From NCBI RefSeq assembly GCF_001194135.2, contig NC_068987.1, positions 83,838,303-83,880,547 of the forward strand: a stretch of DNA of 42,245 nt, in the 5' to 3' direction. Source of the stretch: Octopus bimaculoides (taxonomy: Eukaryota). Numbering within the stretch: the stretch's first letter is position 1; each line of letters begins with the position of its first letter. The notes beneath the pieces are model-generated. The model ran no database searches. It had not been told where the DNA came from and was given only the letters and a program-made list of their open reading frames with translations. Shown one piece after another: positions 34,521 to 42,245 of the stretch. A program made the position numbers and the translations under genes.

Positions 34521-35184
34521 CAAACCCACATATGAACTGCAACCCCTTTTATCAGCACAAGTAAAATGACGATGATGAGTAACTTTCTTCTCAACCTGCC
34601 CCTTCATTTTTAAGTAGTACTTGGAAAGGTTAAAGTGTCTGACCGAAGCGGAAACACTCTGTTGTCAATTACCAACGCGCCGTGTCCCTACACAATCTTT
34701 TTCTCTATAACCACTGTCTTACCTTCTTTATTGCCGCTAAGTCTAAGTGAGATTGAAAAGCAATCTTCACAGTGTATACAGTTGATAGTCGGGCTTGTCC
34801 TACACAGGGTACCAGTTTTCCCAACAAAACTCCACAATATCCCCAATATTGAACGCGTGGCGATTTAAATGGTTTTGTCGTTCTGTTTGTCTCTGACAGG
34901 CAAGAAGATGACGAAGCCAAGACTGAAGAACAACCTGACCAACGAATTGTATCGCTGTTTGGACGGAAGAAACGAACAAACAGTTTAACTGCACCGCCGA
35001 AACTATGATCAAATGTTACAAAACAACGAGAGATAGGTTTGCTTTATCGATCTCCTCTGAGTATAAAAACATACTTGTCTTACATAATTCATGTCTTTGA
35101 TATGTATAAAACATATTGTTTATATAACATGGAACAACGTTTGAGTATAAGGTAGTATTAGAAATGAGATTTTCAGAGGTACTA

Positions 35185-35555
35185 CTGTGTGAGTAAGAAG
35201 CTCGATTGGAATCATGCAGTCGGATTCAGTCCCACTGCGTGGCATTTAGGGTGATTGTCTTCTACCATACTTTCGGGTTGGCCAATGCCTTGTGGAAAGC
35301 AGAAACTGTGTGGAAGCTTGTCGTATATATGTATATGTGTGCGTTTGTCTGTTTTCCCCACTGCTTGGCCAACGGTTTTAGTTTGTTTGTGTCCCATAAC
35401 TTAGTGGTCTGGCGATAAAGAAGCGATATAATGAGTGCCAGACTAAAATGACAAATAAGGGTTGGTTGCTTATTCGATTTGTTCAACGAAATAAAATCAT
35501 ATTCGTGCCTCAGCATTCTGCAGTCCAATGATTGAAATAAGAAAAAAGATAAAAG
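35185..35555 (+). mobile_element. Degenerate full-length SINE family A
   Basis: ggattcagtcccactgcgtggca...gggttggccaatgccttgtg...cataacttagtggtctggc...cagcattctgcagtccaatgattgaaa. Confidence 0.75.
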
Positions 35556-35819
35556 ATAAAAGGAAAAAGGTAAGACCACAAACTAAAAAAAGCAAAACAA
35601 AAAAGAAACTCTATACAACGACGCATGAACCATGTCATTTAATACAAACACTAACAAAATAATATCCACCGGTCAAACGTTTATGTAGGATGTTCTATCT
35701 TTAGTTCTATGTGCTCACGGTCCGAAACTCATGTAATACGGACATCAGAAACATGGCGATGTCTTGAGACATTAACTGTCAATATAAATTCTTGCCTTTT
35801 TATACTATTTGTGTTTCAT

Positions 35820-37505
35820 GAAAGTACAATAAAAACTACCAAGGAATGATAAACCAATATACAAGGTATTGCTACCTTATAGGCTTACTAACCAAAACTC
35901 ATGAGCACCATAAGAAAGAAGTACGTGATTTAGAGAAGGAAATGTTAGGTCATAAAATGAACGCAAATACATTAGCAAATGTATGGAGATTTAAAATAAA
36001 TAGCAACAAAGGTTTAGAGAAACAAATAGAAAAATACTACAAAAAATACACATTGTAAATAATGCAAACAACCGATTACATGCTAAAAAGATACGCTTCT
36101 TCAAGGCAGTGAACGCAACTCCATAGAATCAGCTACAGTCAAAATAAGAACTATTCACAACAAAAAGAAAAGAACGAGATCGAGAGCGACAACAGATATA
36201 AGAAATGTGTCCTCAAGACAATGAGAATATCATGAGTGAGCCTTGCATACATATAAAGAACGAGAGAACACGAGACAACAAAACAACGAGGATGATTCCG
36301 AAATATCTCTCCATAGAGACAACGAAGCAAATATTCAGTGACAACAAAATACACTCTCGATATTATAGTTAATAATAAACTGAATAAATCATACACACAT
36401 ATCGCAAGAGATTAATCGCAACCAAAATGAGAAAAATCTATCAGAAACAATAAATAAAAGAAGAGAAGAAAGGACCATCGGAAAATCAATATATATGGAT
36501 CAATAGAAACACCTCTCCAAGCTACGAATAAATAAATATCTCCAAACAAATAATAGCTAAATACAAAACAAAGACCCTTCACCCTAAGAAATTCTTTCTT
36601 CAGAAGCAAACCCAAACATTAATAGGATAAATGACCCCATTTACTCTGTAGCCATGGAAAAAATCTAGGCAAATCGGTTCGATTCTAATAGAAGAAGGAA
36701 CAAAAAAAAGGAAAAGGGAATAAAAAGATGGTGAGAAAACATATACAATATTGATAAAAAATAACCTTATTCGGTGAAACAGAAAAGAAGCGAAAAGGAA
36801 AAACGAAGGAAACATTAAGAACACAAAACATAAAAGAAATCCTGAGGAGAAAAAAAAAAAAACAGAGAAACAAAAAAGGAAAGACTAAAAGAATCATCTG
36901 AGCAGAGTTCTGTCGGATAAGAAACCATGAAAAGCATAAGCGTTGCTTTCATGGCAATAAGTTGCTTGAAATAAATGCTGAAAAATTCTACCGAGACGCA
37001 TATAAAAAAAGCACAATGTTGGCAGACTCACCAGTATTAGCAGAAATCCAAATATATTGGGAGAAACAATGTAACAAAGGAACACAATGGATTGCAAAAT
37101 AAACGGTAAGGGAATTATATAGTACTAGCAGAGCATATTATAACTAGCGATGAATTCACAATGCTATAAATTACAATAAAGTTTGCTAACAATTGAAATG
37201 TTACCAGAATTAATAAAATCCCCCATTTCTGGTTTAAATACTTCGCCAGGAAGACATGATGCTATGTCGAAGGTATTCATTGAATTAGTACACAGACCAG
37301 AAGTAACATGTAACTGGTTAATGCAGAAGGAAAATAATATTAATGAGATGAAAAAATAAAGATGAAAAAATCATTAAAATGAACATGGGATTAGAAACTA
37401 TATAAACCAATAAACCTGATTACGAAAACTGTATAATCTTGGTCTCTATACGCAATAAAAGGCTAACTATTCATCTAGAAAATAATCGCTTACCACCAGA
37501 ACATA
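35820..37505 (+). pseudogene. Heavily degraded R4/Dong-like LINE, N-terminal to pre-RT region
   Basis: From 36902: CRIRNHEKHKRCFHGNKLLEINAEKFYRDAY...PVLAEIQIYWEKQ...QWI, then ITSDE...NKIPHFWFKYF, H..MSKVFIELVHRPE...WL, NYKPI and HLENNRLPPE. These match the R4-clade motifs N.KKFYR, FW..IW, PG.DKI.NFW.K, NYRPI and HLE.N.L.P.EQ. The upstream part is weaker. Confidence 0.65.
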
Positions 37506-38689
37506 TATTGCAAACATGTGTATGTATGTATGTATGTATGTATGTATGTATCCATCTATCTATCTGTATATATATATATATATATTTGCGCATGTGTGCA
37601 TGTGCGTGTGTGTATGTGTGTGTGTGTATGTATATACATCTGTATAGATATATATGTATATATGTATTTGTGTGCGTTTTTCTGTATGTATACTTGTATG
37701 TAAGTACGTATGTATGTTTAACTCTGTCGCTATACAATGTTTCTCACAGCGTGCTTTAGCCCAGACAATAACACTACCGACACTTTTATCCCCACCCTTG
37801 TCTATCTCACGTATGCAGAATCTCTGAACAGCACTGAGTAAACTTACAAAAACCTCTAAATAAATTTACTCTGGTTGATGTATTGAGTACTATGTAACAA
37901 ATAGATGAGTGTAACAAAATAAGAAGTGTAGCTTGTATCAAATACGAAGTAAGACAAGAGAGATTAGTCAGTTGAAAAGACACAACTCTATTGAAATCAG
38001 CATTAATTTACGGAAATTTCAATCGTTTGATTTTAATTAGAGTTACTTCAATTAATGGTTATTTTTTTTTGAATTTATGCATCCGTAAACCGATTATGCT
38101 CACTAATTGTATAGATTGATTTTAGTTAATAGTAAATATTCAAGTCAGTAAATTACATGTACGAGACACTAATAAATGTTTATCAAGACATGTCTTACAA
38201 CTTGTTTTCGTCCAACCACATCGTAGATAACGTCATAATAATAAATGACAGAATGAAGATATACGCGTCTAAACACCGAGGCTAATGAAACGGACAAGAA
38301 GTCACGTCACACAGTATATCATACAAGCCTCAGAATTATATTCATACAATCCTTAACTTAGGCAATCCATATTGTGATATATATTAGCATTTGTGCATAA
38401 CATATGCCCCCTAATTTGTCTATTCGCAGAAAGATACACACACGTAGAGAACATGTAGAGAACATTTTAGTGTACGCATATATCTGAGTGCGCATGCACG
38501 TTTGTGTGTGCAATTGGGTGTGTGTTTGTATGTATACATGTATGTGTGTGTATAAGCTTTAGCGATGAGATTACTCTCTGTTATTCAGAGGATTGCGAAT
38601 CTCACTGTTCGTGTGAAGAACGACACGGGTACAACTCAGGGTACTTAGAAATAATTTTATCACTTTGATAAATATCTACATATTTTGAT

Positions 38690-39565
38690 TAGTTCATTCA
38701 GAGTCCAGTTAAGAATATTGTAGCTGTAACTTATAACTGGGATGACTAGCGTCTTGATACCTATTACCTTGTTTTCGCGTTGAGCTCTGTTTTCAGAATT
38801 AATCTAACTCGTCTATAATATTCCTTATATTCTCTTTCATTTGTGTGAGCTGTATCGTATCTAGTTCATTGATTCTTAAGTATTTGTTTATCTGACTTTA
38901 GTCTAATTCACTTATTTAATTTGCTTTATCTAGTGTGATGTTGTTAATCTTAACTAATTTTCCTCTTGTCAAGTTTGCGTTGACACATTTTCGTAAGCCA
39001 AATTTCATGCTTTTTCCGTTGGTAAATCCATGCAGTGTCTGTAATAATTTTCCAGCTGTTTATCATTTCTAGCATGCAATTTTAGATCATCCATACACAG
39101 GAGACAGCTGATTGTTTTGCCGCAAGGGCTGTATCTGCATCCAGTTCTGTTTAACATGTCAGTTCAACGTGTCAGTGTAAAGCTGAAGGGGTGTGTCTTA
39201 CTAGAATATTCCTTTTTTAATGGGGATGGCTTTGGTTTCTATGAGTCCCTCTTTCTCTGTTACTGTAGCACTGTTTTCCATTTATTCATGGATTGTTTTA
39301 TATATTTTATGATTATTGGTGCTACCTTGTTCATGGGTAGTGTTTCTCGGATCCATGTGTGGGGAATACTATCAAAAGCCATTCGATAATCGATCCAGGC
39401 CATACTTAGACCCTTCTTTTTTCTGAAGCAGTCTTCAGTTATGGCTTTATTGATCAACAGATGATCTGTACAGCCGTACGAGCCCTTGCAGCATCCCTTC
39501 TGCTCTTCTGGAAACAGGTTGTTTACTTCCAGATGTTTGTACATTCTCTGCGATATTATTGCACG
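38690..39565 (-). pseudogene. R4/Dong-like reverse transcriptase fragment
   Basis: YKHLEVNNLFPEEQKGC..GSYGCTDHLLINKAI...LSMAWIDYRMAFDSIPHTWI; KKGIF**D (GIFQGD); LLCMDDLKL (39086-39097, YMDD to CMDD); MKFGLRKC; EYYRRVRLILKTELNA..KV.GI.TL.IPVISYS..ILNWT. Contains stops and frameshifts. Confidence 0.92.
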
Positions 39566-40020
39566 ATTGTATTTAACGATGGGTTTGCTCGATCGGGCTG
39601 GTGTAAGTCATTTGACTGCGGCCATGCTGAAGCACCACCTAAACCGAACAAAAAAAATCTAGTAGCTCAAAAGACAGCGTTAATATTGCTAGGATTTAAA
39701 CGCCGAACATTTCTCAATGGCGCAAAAGCTTTTATACACTACGCCATTGTTTCTGTCAATACGACGCCCCGAATTGTAACGACGATAATAAATTCTGACA
39801 TAGGCTTCAGAATTCTAATCTAGGGGAATTGGCGTGGCTGATTATATCGTCATGAGGAAAGTTAAAGTTCACACCGTAGGGATTTGAATTCAGAACATAA
39901 ATGAATACAACTGCATACCGAAAGACTCTTTGTGCAATGCTCTCGTAAATCTACTTGTATTATTATTATTATTGTTGTTGTTGTTGTTGTTGTTGCTGTT
40001 ACTATTATTATTATTATCAT

Positions 40021-40687
40021 TGCCTTTGCACAGCTTCTAACGCTGGGGATGTACCACAGTGTCATCTGTTCACTACCAGTGAACTAAGGTAACACCTCTT
40101 ATTTCTCGAGCACCTTCCGGAGTAATCGAGCAGTTCCAAGCAGTGCTGTTTTCTGCAAGTGCTCCACCCTTGTTGCAGGCTCTATTTATTTCCCGTACTT
40201 ATCGAGATTTTTGCTCACTGTTTCCAGAGCTCCGACAATTATTGATACTACTGCTACCTTTTTCATCGACCACAACTGCTTAACTTCCCAAGCTAACCTG
40301 TCATATCTCTCAACTTTTCTTTCTTCTTTATCGCATACCTTGTTGTCAGTTGGGCATGCTATATCTATGATCCAGCATAGTTTGTTTTCTTTCTCAATTA
40401 AGACTATGTCCGGCTTCCTATTCCTTATCTCATGGTTGCACTGAATCATAAATTCCCATATGATCTTTGCATTTCTATTTTCGACGATACTTTCAGGTTT
40501 GTGGTCGTACCAATTTTTTGCTCTGTCAAGTCCATACTTGTTGCAAAGTGCCCAATGGACAAGCCTTGCTATATTGTCGTGGTGTCTCTTATATTCCTTC
40601 TGGGCTAGTGACGTACACTGGGTGGTAATATGCTATACGGTTTCACCGTTTTGTCCACAGATTCTGCACTTATCACTTTCTACTGTG

Positions 40688-40690
<3 letters not shown>
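40021..40690 (-). mobile_element. 5'-truncated R4/Dong-like LINE 3' end (CCHC finger, RLE domain, 3' UTR), flanked by (TAA)n
   Basis: KCRICGQNGETV*HITTQC...RHHDNIARLVHW...IWEFMIQCNHEIRNRKPDIVLIEKENKLCWIIDIACP...LQKTALLGTARLLRKVLEK*. Stop at 40099-40101, then ~80 nt of UTR and a TAA-type tail. Confidence 0.92.
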
Positions 40691-40747
<57 letters not shown>

Positions 40748-40749
40748 GC
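40690..40749. repeat. (ATT/TAA)n microsatellite between two LINE ends
   Basis: About 20 units. Confidence 0.95.
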
Positions 40750-41240
40750 TTTGACTCAAGTTTAGTTTTATTTTTGGGGGACTTATATGGGTAGCAGGTG
40801 ACTACCTGTAACGTTAGGTGTCTCCCAGCTTTCAATAGGTTTTCAAGGGTTTAGAAACAACCTGATAATCATTCCTGTCCCTTAAAGGCAAACTTTCTGT
40901 AGAAGCTCCCCAGAACTATCTGTTCCAATCTCCTTCAACCATTTGTCTATATCCTTGCTTACATTTCACAATGCAACAATTATTATATGCACAACATTTA
41001 CAGTGTTCATATTCCGAATTCTTGCAATTTTAAAGGATTGTATTTTTGTATTTTTATGTCATCTTTCTTTACTATCTTGGATTCAAACAGACATGATATA
41101 TAAGTTAGAAAGCAACCCCTCTTTTTTTTTGCCTATTATTGTTAAGTCTGGTCTATTGTTTTCTAGCTTTTCATCCGTTTGAACAGGAAAGTCTCACAAA
41201 GTCTTGCAATTCTCCGACTCAAGCACTCTTTCAACCCCAT
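40750..41240 (-). mobile_element. Second, older R4/Dong-like 3' end (RLE domain plus UTR)
   Basis: ERVLESENCKTL*DFPVQTDEKLENNRPDLTII; CFL..ISCLFES.IVKK; IARIRNMNTVNVVHIII.AL.NVSKDIDKWLKEIG...ELLQKVCL*GTG.IIR.FL. The UTR ends in (taa)n. Confidence 0.8.
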
Positions 41241-41331
41241 CAGCTTCAAATTCGCATTTTTAGCAAAGTTTGCAGGGTAAACATTTTACAACAATGTCTG
41301 CCACTGTCTCGTTCGAATTATTATTATTATT

Positions 41332-41462
41332 GTTCAGTAGTTTTATTTTTATAACGTGCTTTCACTTCACTACCGAGCGCAGCTCTGTGCGCCTTGGGTA
41401 TGTGCTGTGGTTTGCTGTGGTGCTCTTATGGTTACTGTATTGAAAGTGTTTTGCGTAAAAAA
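41332..41462 (-). mobile_element. Very short 5'-truncated R4/Dong-like insertion (last codons plus 3' UTR) with long target duplication
   Basis: Minus strand: LRKTLSIQ*, then the UTR ending aaaataaaactactgaac-(aat)n. A 33-nt unique direct repeat lies at 41285-41317 and 41463-41495, each followed by (tta)n. Confidence 0.75.
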
Positions 41463-41494
41463 TTTACAACAATGTCTGCCACTGTCTCGTTCGA

Positions 41495-41550
<56 letters not shown>

Positions 41551-42208
41551 CGTTACTATTATTTTAAGAACTCAGTCATATGAGGGTGAATATACGTTTA
41601 ATCAGACGGAAGCATGGCTTCTCATTTGGTTGCTGAAGCAAACAAGGAAAGCTTAAATTTTGATTGGATAAAGAGATTATCGTTTGATTGCCAAAAGAAA
41701 CTTATCTATCCAATAGGAGCGTATTTGATAAAGTTAAACAAATAACGAAGGATTGTTACAACTGGAATTATAAGAAGGAAACTCAGAGCCAATATGTCTA
41801 TCCTGTTGAGCTATTTCTGTCTTCTCCTCCTATACCGAATTGAATGACTGAGATGCATCCATCGTTGGTCTCGTGGACGCTATCGTGATGAACGTTGTGA
41901 GAATAAAGACAAATATAACGAAAAGAAATGTAGCCACGTCACAAATACACTCAACATCAGATGAACTGGAGTTAAAGCATACACACACAATCACACGTAG
42001 AAAAGACATTCACACACGCATACACACGCACACGTACATACATAGACATACATACATATATGTATGTGTATGTTTGTGTATGTATATATATATATACACA
42101 TATACATACATACATATATGCATGCATATAAAATATACATATATAGATATATATGTGTATATATATATATATGTATGTATATACATATATGTGCATGCAT
42201 ATATACAC

Positions 42209-42245
<37 letters not shown>

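Noticed and set aside
34620-35040. Exon-like block with acceptor signals on both strands
   Set aside because: Frames close quickly or give unrecognisable peptides. It may be decayed sequence linked to the adjacent Penelope fragment, so I could not support a call.
433-42210. The long ORFs in the supplied track (for example 11513-12610, 28371-29246, 30730-31635, 32357-32986)
   Set aside because: They are translations of N-gaps and of (CA), (TA), (TATG), (TATC) or trinucleotide repeats (HT, VC, IY, MYVC, YLSI runs) with no real domain.

Overview
AT-rich eukaryotic intergenic or intronic DNA from a draft assembly, with 13 N-gaps totalling about 5.3 kb. The repeat families and microsatellite load look like an octopus or other coleoid cephalopod genome (inference). 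No host protein-coding gene could be identified; almost every listed ORF is a translated microsatellite, an N-gap or a SINE. The window is a dense patchwork of: (i) at least four tRNA-headed SINE families, which I label A-D (labels are mine), often nested or inverted; (ii) decayed Tc1/mariner pieces and two MITE-like foldbacks; (iii) several degraded R4/Dong-like restriction-like-endonuclease (RLE) LINE fragments clustered in (TAA)n arrays at 35.8-41.5 kb; (iv) a Penelope-like element fragment; (v) many microsatellites. The most interesting signals are RNA-level. An apparently intact type I hammerhead ribozyme (minus strand, core 7185-7243, predicted GUC cleavage between 7197 and 7196) sits at the tip of a long rod-like stem inside a highly structured ~240-nt non-coding element, a retrozyme-like candidate. 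A second, minimal Penelope-type hammerhead motif (23081-23126) forms part of the tail of a tRNA-headed SINE-like element.
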